Shown: one piece after another, positions 26,978 through 38,618 of the stretch | Numbering within the stretch: position 1 is the first letter of the stretch | Layout of the letters: the number at the start of each line of letters is the position of its first letter | Origin: Fimbriosthenelais zetlandica | Lineage: Eukaryota | Reading direction: 5' to 3' | Length of the DNA: 64,000 bases | NCBI GenBank assembly: GCA_977030845.1 | Contig: OZ365112.1 | Span: 8,990,001-9,054,000 of the forward strand | Translations under genes and position numbers: made by a program | The notes under the pieces: generated by a model | Told to the model about the DNA's origin: nothing | Database searches by the model: none | The model's input: only the letters and a program-made list of their open reading frames with translations

Positions 26978-27238
26978 GAAAATGATATGTTGCCAGAATC
27001 GCATTGAAACGTCTGATAAGGCAGTGTTGGATCAGTCATAGTTGGGGTGGGAGTGGTCAGGTTTATAGGTTATAGGTTAAGCTACCCTCCACCCCCTGTC
27101 CAGGCTGTGTGATGTAATGAGGAATCAATGCATGTTTAACATGGGTATTGATTGATGATCAGATAGAATGAGACGCTGTGTTAGAGCGGGCTGATTGCTG
27201 TATCGATCCTTAATCTACTAAACTCACCTTATAAAGCT

Positions 27239-27239
<1 letters not shown>

Positions 27240-27273
<34 letters not shown>

Positions 27274-27470
27274 GGGGGAGCGAGAGAGAGAGAGGCGAGA
27301 GCGAGAGAGAGGCGAGAGCGAGAGAGAGGCGAGAGCGAGAGAGAGGCGAGAGCGAGAGAGAGGCGAGAGCGAGAGAGAGGCGAGAGCGAGAGAGAGAGAA
27401 AGAGAGAGAGAGAGAGGCGAGAGCGAGAGAGAGAGGCGAGAGCGAGAGAGAGAGAAGGAGAAAGGGAGCG
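27240..27470. repeat. (GA)n-derived 17-bp minisatellite
   Basis: Unit gcgagagagaggcgaga embedded in GA repeats. Confidence 0.92.
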
Positions 27471-28590
27471 GTTGTAGGATGGTGGAGGTGGAGGAGTTGT
27501 GGTGGATAGGGCTGGGGGAGCGGTGATAAAAGGCTTTGGGCCTTGTTTCAGGAAAAAGTTTGATTGCTATAGAAGTAGACTTATTGCCACATATAAACAG
27601 TACTGTTGTCTATTTCACATTTTCATTGAGGGAAAGACTTCATTTTCCCTTAATTTCTCAGCATGCATTCTACTGATTCCATCTCCACTTCCTTCCCCTC
27701 CCCACTTCCTCCCCACCTCCAAACCCACCCCCTCCCCCACCATCCCACACCAAGACGCCATGAATCAACACCCCTGGCCGTTTATAAATGACCAGCGAGC
27801 ATGACACAGCTCTAGCCCCGTGAGATGACCACTGGTCAGTCTGTATGCTGGTCACGTCAGCTAATGACCAGCCAGGACGCCCTGTCTACCACCTAGGTGA
27901 TGTGATTGTTAGTAGTAGACAGTGGTCACTAGTTCTCTGGTCAAACTTGCTGATAGGTCCTGTCAGGCTCTCCCACTGACCGATATAGGCCTGGTATCCA
28001 CTAACCTCACACACATTTTAGTTACTAATGTTTCAGTTTATACTACATTTCTGAGCATATTATTTTGCCTCTAACGATTATTCTGCTCTTGAAGTTGAAG
28101 GCAACCAGGCACATTGAAATTTTACTGACGATCTGCAAACAATCTCTAGACTTTAGCTTATAGTCAAAACCCTATAGGCCTATTTCCGACTCTATATAAG
28201 ATAATCGTAGGTTCTTCATCCTACATGTTACAAAGAAGGGATTGAGGAAAGCAATCCAAAAAAAATGAAAGTTGAAGGTAGCATTTTGGTTTCTAAAAAG
28301 CTTGGCAGCATAAAAAATCACCCATAAGCGAACATAGATTCCCTTGTCTTGTCCACGTAGGTCTAGGTCCGCAGCACTTGACCTTCAGCCTCGCTCTGTG
28401 ACCTTGACTTTCCCCCAATCAATGGCGGACGTGAGTAGGAGTAAATATGACGTATGACGTCACGTATGACGCCGTCACGTTATCACCTTGACACCCGCGG
28501 CCCCTCAACATGTATTATTAATTACCTCCCACTCTAACCCTCTAATTTACAGGGGCACACATTTCACTTGACACTGCTTGACGCGCTGTC

Positions 28591-28690
28591 GTGACGTTTA
28601 TATGCGTCACGTGATCTATGACGTTGATGACGTGATTTATGACGTGATTTATGACGTGATTTATGACGTTAATGACGTGACCTTTAACGT
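28591..28690. repeat. 12-bp tandem TGATTTATGACG within a TGACGT cluster
   Basis: Three perfect units at 28633-28668. Seven TGACGT in about 100 bp. Confidence 0.9.
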
Positions 28691-29382
28691 TTTTTTCTTC
28701 AAGAGAGAAGGTGGGAACGGTCACATCCTGTTGGGATGAGTGGAGGATGGATTAAGAATGGATGGAGGAAGGGAGGGAGGCTGGGCTGGAGGAAAGAGGA
28801 TAAAGTTGGATGGAAGGACGGATAGAAGGGAGTGGGATGGGGATATGGGGTGCTGGAACGGATGGATGAATTTAGATAGATGCACGGTGCCATAAAGACC
28901 ACATAGGGTACCAGTCTTTTGCTTGATACGGTCTGAGTAGTATACGAAAATAAAGCATTATATTTAGTTGCCCATTTCCTCACAAAATACAGAAAGTAGA
29001 ATTCTTTTCCAGAATTATGTCCCAGAAGATACAAGCATCTGGGAAATAGCCCCTGAATCCGTCTGTCATACCATATCTAGGCCTAACCAGCATACAGTAG
29101 GCCTATCAGATCCCAGATTATAACACAGATAGTGGCCCCCTTCCACCCACCCACCCCAGGCACCTCCAATCAAGCATTCATCCCTAGTGAATGAATCCTG
29201 CCTTGTTCAGCCAATCGTGACAGTTTATAAAAGATTCACGCCGCTTGCCATTTCCCCGCCACTCTACCATTATATATTCATGTCCTTCATCAAAATACCT
29301 AACTACCCTCAGCCAAGACAAAGCCCCCGTACACCGCAAAAAAACTACATCCACTAAGCCCTGAGCACACCAACCCGATCTT

Positions 29383-29645
29383 TCGTGAATATTTCACTAA
29401 TTTTCAATCATCAATTTGTGGCTGTCTCAGGACGAGTACCCTGACATATGTACCCTGATGGATATGGATTTCACCATCGAGAGAAAAACTTGCAGTGTGG
29501 AAGATGGCTGGCTTTTAGATGCATCTCACCATAGACAGTGGCAGACATAGCTGGCTTTTTGATACCCCATTTAACAGCAATGGTGGAGAAGGACAATGAC
29601 CAATTTGGAGAATGCATTCTAGGTGAAATGAACCTGGGACCCCAT
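29383..29645 (-). mobile_element. SINE copy, minus strand
   Basis: Reverse complement reads ggtcccaggttcatttc...gcattctccaaattg...ttgctgttaaatggggtatcaaaaagccagctatgtctgccactgtctatggtgaga...tcgtcctgagacagccacaaattgatg. Confidence 0.7.
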
Positions 29646-31530
29646 TTCTAATTACGCCTAATGTTATACTTGTCTGTACCATTAACAGACTCAATAGAAT
29701 CAACTGCTAAATTTACATTAAGTGGGAAATTCAGTAAAAGATTGGCTTTGTGCGTTTGGGGCTTGGCGGCTGTCAGTGGCAATGCCTGTCACAATCCAAA
29801 TAAGTGATACACAGTGTCAGTGGAATACGTGACAGTAAGCAGTACAGACGCCTGCCAAATCTAATAGACATACATCAAAGGACCTAGTCTTTTAATCCCT
29901 ACATAATTAATGCCATTGTATTTTGAGATTTAATTGGTTTGAGATGGATAGTCGAACTATCGGGGATCTATTTTATTGAGGGGGGATTATGATACGCTAT
30001 GCCTGGAGACCGTTATGATGAGCTATAAATTAGGACATGAATACCATCCAGTTTTTTCACATTTTGCTCCATACTAGTAAATATGAGTAGATATATTTTT
30101 TCTGTCTCAATACCATATGACAATTGTCCTTTGAATTATTTAACGGTATTCTTTTATATATAGGCCTATATAAGTTTTAGATATATTTTTTTATTGTAAA
30201 GTATTGTAATGCTTTTATTATCCATGATAATGAAAGATTGTGCTGCCCGTTTATAGAGCTTGAACCTTGAATAGGCTACAACCTACATCTCCTCTGACCT
30301 CATGAGAAGAAAAATGTAAAAGAAAAAACGAAAAAGGGAATTAACAAAGAAGAATACGAGAAATAAATACAAATATATTAAAGTTTAAAAAGCGGATACA
30401 GTGATGAGAAGACCATGATAATAAGCTATGATAATCAAAGAAGCCAGAATATAGAGGAAATTTGAAAGAGCTGTATAATGCTACATAACTGTAATTTGTA
30501 GACCGCTGTGTTTTGATAGTCTCCATTACGCCCCCTTTAATTCTCTCCTCCATGTAGTTCATCCCATTACGGCGTGGTGGCGTCCTGATTAATGTGGGAA
30601 CGAGCTGATACAATACCCTGGAGAAATAACTCATAGCGCCCCCTCCCCCCCGCGTCAGGAATTAAACCATCAGGAGGTAAGCTACAGTGTTTTTTAGCAC
30701 CATTCCTTGTTTAACTGTTCGTGATGGAGTGTCAGCACAGCCTCTAAGCACAGTATCGCCGCCCGCCTTCCCTCCCTCCACATAATTGATATGTATGACA
30801 CCATTTAGCGTAATTAAAGCCATTAATCATCCTCTAAAGGTTCGCCAATTAGTGTTCCAGGGTTATTGTTCCAGCACAGCCATGAAAGACGCTCATCCAT
30901 CACCTTGTTTTCATGCGCAGGATGCGATATTAGATTTTTACCTATTTGTCCAAAGCCGCAGCTCAAAAGACTGCTGCTGTACGACATTTTGACAAATGGC
31001 CGACGCCAGATTGAGCTTGCCTTGGAAAAGTCGGTCCCGACCTAATTGCAGCATTGAAATGGAGATAGATAATAGGCATTTGAATTTGATTTGGACGAGA
31101 TTAGAGTGAAAATGCCAAGTGGGAGAATGTAAAAGGAAGGAATGGTGTTCAACACAAGAAAAATGATCCGTCGACGCGCGATGGAGAACAGCAATTGAAG
31201 CCACATTGAATGTGAAGGGTGATTTGTGGTCGGCATCTCAGCTGCGCACTAACCCTGTTTCACCTGCTCATACTCGCCATGCATGAATCTCATGTTTGCT
31301 TGTCAACATGCAAATGGCAGTGAAGGACTGTTGCCATAGAATGCCATGGAAACCTTTTCAGTAATGAATGGGTTCAGAACGTGCTAACATGACGCTAAAT
31401 ATTATGTGCTTGCTTTGCTATGGTTTGTTTTGGAATTTGGTCTTTAAGCTCTTAAAGATCTAGGAGCTTACCAGGCAAAGAATTTGCTTCAAGTATATCG
31501 CTGGCACTCTTTCTATGCCTTCGGTATTAT

Positions 31531-31562
31531 CAACGAGTATAGAAAGCTTTCTATACTCGTTG
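31531..31562. repeat. Perfect 32-bp palindrome flanked by a 7-8 bp direct repeat
   Basis: CAACGAGTATAGAAAGCTTTCTATACTCGTTG is its own reverse complement. gtattat lies at 31524-31530 and 31563-31569. Confidence 0.92.
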
Positions 31563-32019
31563 GTATTATGAAATTTGGATTATTTTTTCCAAAATATAAC
31601 AGCATCCTTTGTATGACTAATCAAAGTTTGACCAGTAAACTCCTTATAGTCAGTCAGTAGTTCCTAGCTTGCTGACAATCCATAGCAGACTTTTAACACA
31701 ATGTTAGAGATTTGTGACTTCTATTCAGCCCTTTTTATATCCGAAATGACATAATTAATCAAACACATGTACTCGGTGAGTCTTGATTGCTCCATTCATG
31801 TCAGACAGGGACTGCAAAGCTTTGACATGCATTTGTGATTATGCAGTAACTTATAAACAGCGATTTAATGTGAGGAATAGACACTAAATATGTTTTCACA
31901 CATAATATACAGCGGATTCCAGAGATTCAATACAGCAACAATCTCACTCTGTTGCCACTGAATTGTCAGAAACAAATATTAAGACATGCCCTGAAATGCC
32001 TTCCTTAAAAACACCTATA

Positions 32020-32830
32020 GCCTCCCTAGTTCCGCTTCCTCCCCAGTCCCCCTTCATCCCACCACACTACACACCCCTCCCTCCGCTCTGCACCCCCACC
32101 ATCCCACAGTCTGATGTAGTATTTAATTAGCCTTGTTTTGCCTGACTTTTATTGTAGTGAACACTGGTGCTCCTTTTAATCTGCGTGGCTCATGGTGATC
32201 AAAGTAGAGCGTCATGTGGTAATTTGACGGGTTAGACTCAGCTAACTCCCCTTGTTAATGTCACTCTAATCTCCCTCCCCTTCCCCTTCCCCCTTCCTCT
32301 TCCCCTTCCCTCCTTGCAATTCCCCTCCCGTCCCCCACCTACCGAACCCCTCCCTCCAAATGCTATTAATAACCCAAAGCTAACCCCATCGCCCTTTACC
32401 TTAGTTCAAATACTCCACGATTCCTTGAACTAATCTAACCCCCTTATCCCCTAACCAACACCTCTCCCCCTAGACAACACCTTTCACCCTAACAAACACC
32501 TGTCCCTTTAACCAACATCTCTCCCTCGATCCCCCTTCCCACGCCCATCCCCCATTCCCCATACCCACATTCTCCCTATACTACTACCCTATACCCTCCA
32601 GCTTCCTCATCTTTCTTATCTCTCTTTCCATGGTCACCTGCCCTTAAACCCCGCCCCCCCCCCCTAGTGTATCCAATGCCCCCCTTCCCCAATACTTACC
32701 TCCCCATTTCCCTATACTTCTACTATATAGGCCTATCCCTGGCCCACATCTCCCCCCCCGTCCATACCACCTAGCCCCTTCCTCAAGCTGCCCCTCCCTA
32801 TACCCCCTCATCTGCCCCCACCCTACTAAC
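32020..32830. repeat. C-rich low-complexity region
   Basis: Dense C3-C10 runs on the + strand, giving G-quadruplex-capable runs on the - strand. Confidence 0.8.
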
Positions 32831-33505
32831 AACCCCCAGTGGCGCCCCTGGTGGGAGCCCCTGTAATAGGATTATATGGCGACCTAGCAGCAGATGCTTT
32901 TATCATTAATGTTATTAATTTCCCCCACGAGTGGCTGTAAATACCTGATTATGACAGTTCTAAATCACAGCCCCCGCTCCCACAAAGAAATCCCTGCCCA
33001 GCTCCAAGATTTATCATGTCGCGCTATATCAGCGACCGACGCGATAGGAACGCTGATATATATGTAGCGTCTCACTTAATAGCTTTGTTAATTACCCCCG
33101 CCTTCAGGATCCATCCCCCCAGCATCTAAATCATCCCCACTCTCCGTTTTTAAGACGCTATGCATTACAGGAATATATGAAAACGTTTAGTCGCTGGTCG
33201 CAGTGAAAAACTAGTCGGCGATGATCTATGGCGCAGGCTGGTGCTTGTTAGATGGCGGACGAGACGCGATGACGCTTATAGCCGACGCTTGGTGGCGCTT
33301 ATATTGGTCACGTGATAAATGGCGTCATCTTCTTACAGCCATGTTCTTGCCGGGAGAATCGTGCCGATCAAGTTCCTATGGCGGGATGGAAAAAATAATG
33401 TGCTCAATGACAAATGACATGGGTGCTTTTGTGGCCTTCATTCTGAAATGATTTTGCTTTGCAATTTTAGATAAATCTTCTCAAAATGAGCTTTTATTCT
33501 TTCAG

Positions 33506-33547
33506 GTCTGAGATACATTGACGTGGACACCTGCTATTATATAATGG
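33506..33547 (+). other. Candidate 42-nt symmetric phase-1 exon
   Basis: Acceptor cttttattctttcag| and donor TGG|gtaagt. Open frame (G)LRYIDVDTCYYIM(G). Confidence 0.28.
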
Positions 33548-34739
33548 GTAAGTATTAAAATTTGGAATGTTGAATAACTGACATCCTGAATGTCCTACGT
33601 TTTCTGTCTAATCGACTCCGTTAGTGATATTAATCTGCTAAATATTCGAGGAATATAAATGAAATGCTAAAAGGTGAAAAAATATTGGGGTTAGATTAGG
33701 GATCTATTGCATTGAGAATCGTGGGGCAGTGGGAGGGGTGTGAGTAGGGAGGTGGGTAATGGGAGGGAGGGAGGCATGTCCGAGGGCAGTGTTCCTATAT
33801 AATGATCGCCTTGTCCAGCCTTGTCCACTCATGTCCAGACTAATGGTCACTCTGCTTTCCCTGTCCAAAGGGGCTGGGTCCATGTGCTGCCCTGGTGCTG
33901 AACATGAGCCAACGATGGCCAATAAAAACTTACTGGCGGCTTTTGCAGCAGATTGAAAATGATAGAAAGAAAATATTTGAATAATTTAATGTTTTAAAAC
34001 GCTTGTGCAAAAGTATAATATAGGATGAGTATTTAAAAAAGAAAGAAACAGACACTAAATCGTGGTAATATTAAGTAAAAAGTTAATCGGTGGCCTATAC
34101 TGAAAGAGTTTCTTTCTATAAAAGTCTAATTTCCTATAGGCATATGGTTGACATATATTAATTTTATAATCCCTGCTGTGGATTTTGAGCTTTCACAATT
34201 TAAGTTACTTACACCAATGATATAGCCTCACCCAACACCCCCTAACTTCCCCCCTCCCATCCCTCGTCTACTCACCCCTCCCCTCCCCTACTACCCACTG
34301 CACCTCACCACTGCCCACCAGTGCCCATCTCCTCCCTACACGTCTCTAAGTAATATGATTTGTAGGTCTGGGTCATTCTACAAGATTGGATTGGTCACTA
34401 GTGGTCTACATTGGTCACCTCCGCCCTCCAGCCCTTCCCCACTCCCGTGATAGATAGATCAAATATGGACAGTCTCAACTTGAGCTCCTCCTGTTTTGAT
34501 ACCAGAGGCCAAGTATAGGGAGGGGTGGGGGCAAGTGGTGGGTATAGGAGTCAAGGATCGGGGTGGGGACATGTGGTGGGGGAGTGGGGCAACTAGAGAA
34601 AAGGAGACAAGGATAGGGGTGGGGCAAATTGGTAGATAGAGTGGGGAATGGGGGAGTGTTTCTAGGGAAGGTTTGATACGAGGGCAATGCATACTATTCT
34701 TATCTAGTTCTTGATTCTCTCTTGATTCTATCCGTCTGC

Positions 34740-34920
34740 TCTTCTTGTTCTTAGCCTTCGTTTTTCTTCCTTCTTCTTCTGTATTTACTTTTCTTCCCAC
34801 TTTCCTTTCCTTTCCTTTCTTTCCACCTTCCTCCCTCTTTCCTCCCACCTTCCTCCCTCTTCCCTCCCATATCCCTCTCCTCTCTATCCTCTTCCTCTGT
34901 ACATATGACTCTTTTATTTC
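34740..34920. repeat. CT-rich low-complexity tract
   Basis: Degenerate (CTT)/(CCT) repeats. Confidence 0.85.
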
Positions 34921-35480
34921 TTCTTTTATAAACCTAACCTGATGACGTATTGATAATGACGTCCGCGTCTCCACTTTTCACGTCGTTGTCACGTCACACT
35001 ATTGTGTCACGTGGTCATAAATTGACATTTACCGACCACAGGGCCTTTATCAAGTCACGAAGTCGGCGTGAATCAGCGAGATTCGAGCTTGAATTAGTTC
35101 TGTCCAATCCACAACACCTATAATACGTGGTGGGGGGACAACAAAGGGAATAGCCCGAAAAATGAGTAAAAGGTGTGCAGGACAACCCACTGGGGTAGTC
35201 TTGTTGGTGTCAAAGACTTCCGCGATTTATTGATCTCAATGTATCGTAATGAATACCTGTGTAGGCGGCCATCTTGTCTATGAGACGACGCCATTGTGAC
35301 GTTAAGTGGGGGGTTGTGTAGCATTGAATGTTCACCGCTCGCATGTTTCCACTCGGGCGAACAATGAAGCTGACAAACTGTCCATGACTTATACCCGCCC
35401 CCCGCCAGCCCCGCAGCGCCCCTGGTGCGACCTGGCCGTACCTCCCAACGCGGGGGAACGCCGCCAGGTGAGCGTCCCAT

Positions 35481-35490
35481 CTGTCAATCA
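35481..35490 (-). promoter_or_regulatory. PBX-MEIS/PREP decamer TGATTGACAG (second copy at 12755-12764, + strand)
   Basis: Exact match to the established TALE heterodimer site. This one lies in a CpG-rich islet. Confidence 0.4.
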
Positions 35491-38375
35491 GACCGCTAGG
35501 TGACACCACTGAGTCTCTAATTGATTCTGAGCGTCAGACTGAGTGAGAATGAACTCAATGATTTATAACTTTCTATCCCCCGACTTGTCACCATCCATCC
35601 CACTACCACCCTACCTCTTACCTGCCTAAAGCGTCCTAAACCCGAAATATGACCCATTACCTTCATACGACACATAGGTGCATACAACACCTTGAATTCA
35701 TTATATTGACATCACTCATTTTACCCTTTCAAATGCCTTTCCTTTCAAAATCATTCATGAAGGTGAAGGCCTCTAAAATACCTTGAAATTGTGATACTGG
35801 GAATGCGTCGTTTTAAGTTTCCGAAGACATATCTTTTCAAAAACATTCATAATTATACGAACATGAGTATGAAACTCAATGAAATTGTGATATTGGGATC
35901 GAGTATACCTTACTCGTCCAATAACATATATCATTCCAAAGCATTGTTCCAATACGTGACACTAAGCCCAACTACTAGAAGAAATTCCATTGGTCCACTC
36001 CCCTTAATTATTTAACATTGTATAATTTATAGCGCCAGGTTGGGGTGAGACAAACTGTCCCCTTTTATACTCCAATACCCCCTCCTCACCTGACAGACGC
36101 TACAGTGACGCCATCTATCTTGTCCTGTCGTACTTCGATTAGACTGACCCGCTCAACAAGTCTCGGATTACACTTTCACTTTGCTTCCAATAAAGGGGGA
36201 TATTACCCTGGGCAGGTGATACTTGGAGGGTAACATAAATAACCTACCCCTCACAGACACCCGCCCTAGGGCAGCAGAAGGGGGCAACATGCATGAATGA
36301 CAAGGGAGGGCACATAGCCCCTCCATCAAAGCTGGGCGATAATTGGGGCTGTTGTCTATTATTTACCCTGGGTGTAGTGAGTGAGTTCCATTGGGTGATT
36401 TTCATTGACATTGACACCTGATTTGGAAAAGATTCCCACACCAGGCTGTATGGATGGGACAGATAGAATATACATCACCATGACTACTAACAATGGCAGC
36501 AAAACAACCAAGAAAAACCTTGGTTGGACAGATAAAATATTACAAAACTATGGTTAAACAATGAGACCAAAACAACCAAGAAATTTCCAGATATTTAGAT
36601 GAATTGCAACTTTTGTAATATATCCTCTTATGTGGCATAGTGTTACGTATTATTTATGGATCAGAAGGATCAATTTCATAAACAAATGCCTCTTGAACAG
36701 ACCTTAGATTTGCTATTAATTTAGCATATTGTAATAAAACTTTAGTATGAAGTTTATTGACACCTATATTGCGATCTATATTTGTCAATGCTGCAGGCAA
36801 TGTGACTTATGACACTTCATCCTTTATACAAACATGATATAGACGAAATCATTTATATTTGATCACTTATAATCTCTAAAAGTAGTGATAGAATTGGTCC
36901 AAACCTTTCCATGAGAGATCTGAGTATATACATTTCATAGGGAAGGCAGGAGGAATATGAGGGGCAATGTTTACCCTGTAGGTTTTAGTCAATAGACGGT
37001 GGCTCCCCCTACAGCGGGTATTAGGAAGCTGTTGATAACAACAATGTGTAGTTGAATGATGAACGTCTGTAACGTCAGACCTACACCCAGACGTCATTAC
37101 ATTATCCTACATACGGGGCTCAGGAGGGAAGATAGGGCTAGGGATCTGTTTATTTTATAATGATGGAAATTGTTATGATATTCCCTTCATCTCAAAATCC
37201 AACATGGACAGTTACTACTCTGACTCCTCATTCATTCATTGAACGTCTAACTCTTTGGCTTTGACACCCAGTCTTCCTCCCTTCCTTTCTTTCATGCCTC
37301 CTTCTTCCCTTTCTTTCTTTCATGCCTACTTCCCCCTTTCATTTTGCCTCCTTTCCTTCCTTCCCCTTCCCTTCCTTCTACACCCTCCCTTCCTTCGCCC
37401 TTCCTTCTCAGTTGTCCTTCCTTCCTTTTTAGTACTATGTAGTGGAGTAATGTTATAATATACCACTCGTGATTAGAAGCTCGTTGTGATGGGTATCACT
37501 CGTGATTAGAGGCTTGTGATGGTAGGAGGAGGGATGTGTGGAGTGATTGATGGTATAGGAGTGGTAGATGTACATCAATGAAGTGACATGTCAGCCTATC
37601 ATTTAACATTAAACATGTCACACGCGGATATAGACATTCATAATAATGTTTGTAGGTCAAACGTCTGTTTGTATGGATGTGTGAAGGGCAGGGGGATGGG
37701 TGACAGAGACGGGATTGGGAATTGGGAGAAGGGTGGATATAATGGTAAGGGTGACGATGGAGAGTGGGAGTTTGGTGGATCGAGTGGGGTATGGGAGTGG
37801 GGAATCGTGGGGTGGGGTCGGTCCAGTGAGTCCGGCTCCAACCCCACTTCGATCATTTTAGAATTTGAGAGTCCTCAGGATGGATGTGGGAGATTATATG
37901 GTGTTTTCGGGGGCTTGGGTTGGATTGAAATAATGTATGTGTGAGGGTGTCTGGGTGTTGTGCGGTTCTGAATATTCGTGCCTTGTTAGCTCCCCACCCC
38001 CAAACAGCCCATCCCAACCACTCCTAATAATTGATATATCTGAGATCCTCCATCCATGTGTTATAAGCAGCCTGTCACAGATACCAGACCCTGTCATAGC
38101 GCGTTTCATCGGCGTTTGATCTCTCTGTGATTTATCATGTAGCTATAACAGTGACACCATGTTGTGACTTCAGTCTTTTAGTCTCTCTCCCCTTCCCCTG
38201 GACTCCCAACCCCCAACCCACCCCTTACATGACGGATCTGTCATGCAGCATCCTGGTCTATATTATTGCTAAACAGTGGACTCTCCCTAATGCGACCACC
38301 CTGTCATCCTATAGCTTCAGTAAACTCTCAGCATTGACAAAATTAGTTTCATTATATAGTGCTCTTGTGTTGGTA

Positions 38376-38618
38376 CAGTGGCTCACAAAAGTCAGTGCAC
38401 CCTTCACCATTTTGTCCACATTTCATTCTAAATTTCAAAGCAGTTGCACGTTCCATTCCACGGGCGGATTCAGCAAATTGAAAAGGGTGGTTCGAATTTG
38501 AGTTGGGTTGGGAGGAATGTCCCCTTGTGTTAATCCTGAACTTGTTTCACAAAACGTCAATAGAACTTGAGCTTGCAACAGAATTACTGGAAATTATGAA
38601 GATTTATGTGAGCCACTG
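38376..38618. mobile_element. Tc1/mariner-like MITE or deletion derivative, 243 bp
   Basis: The left end is TA|CAGTGGCTCACAAAAGTC and the reverse complement of the right end is CAGTGGCTCACATAAATC (16/18 match, first 12 perfect). CAGTG termini after TA are typical of Tc1. The right flank is AA rather than TA. Confidence 0.7.

Noticed and set aside
34459-34974. 171-aa K/R/E-rich ORF
   Set aside because: It is the reverse complement of a CT tract.
38485-38500. GGTTCGAAT tRNA T-loop-like motif
   Set aside because: There is no cloverleaf or A box around it, and it lies inside the Tc1-like element.
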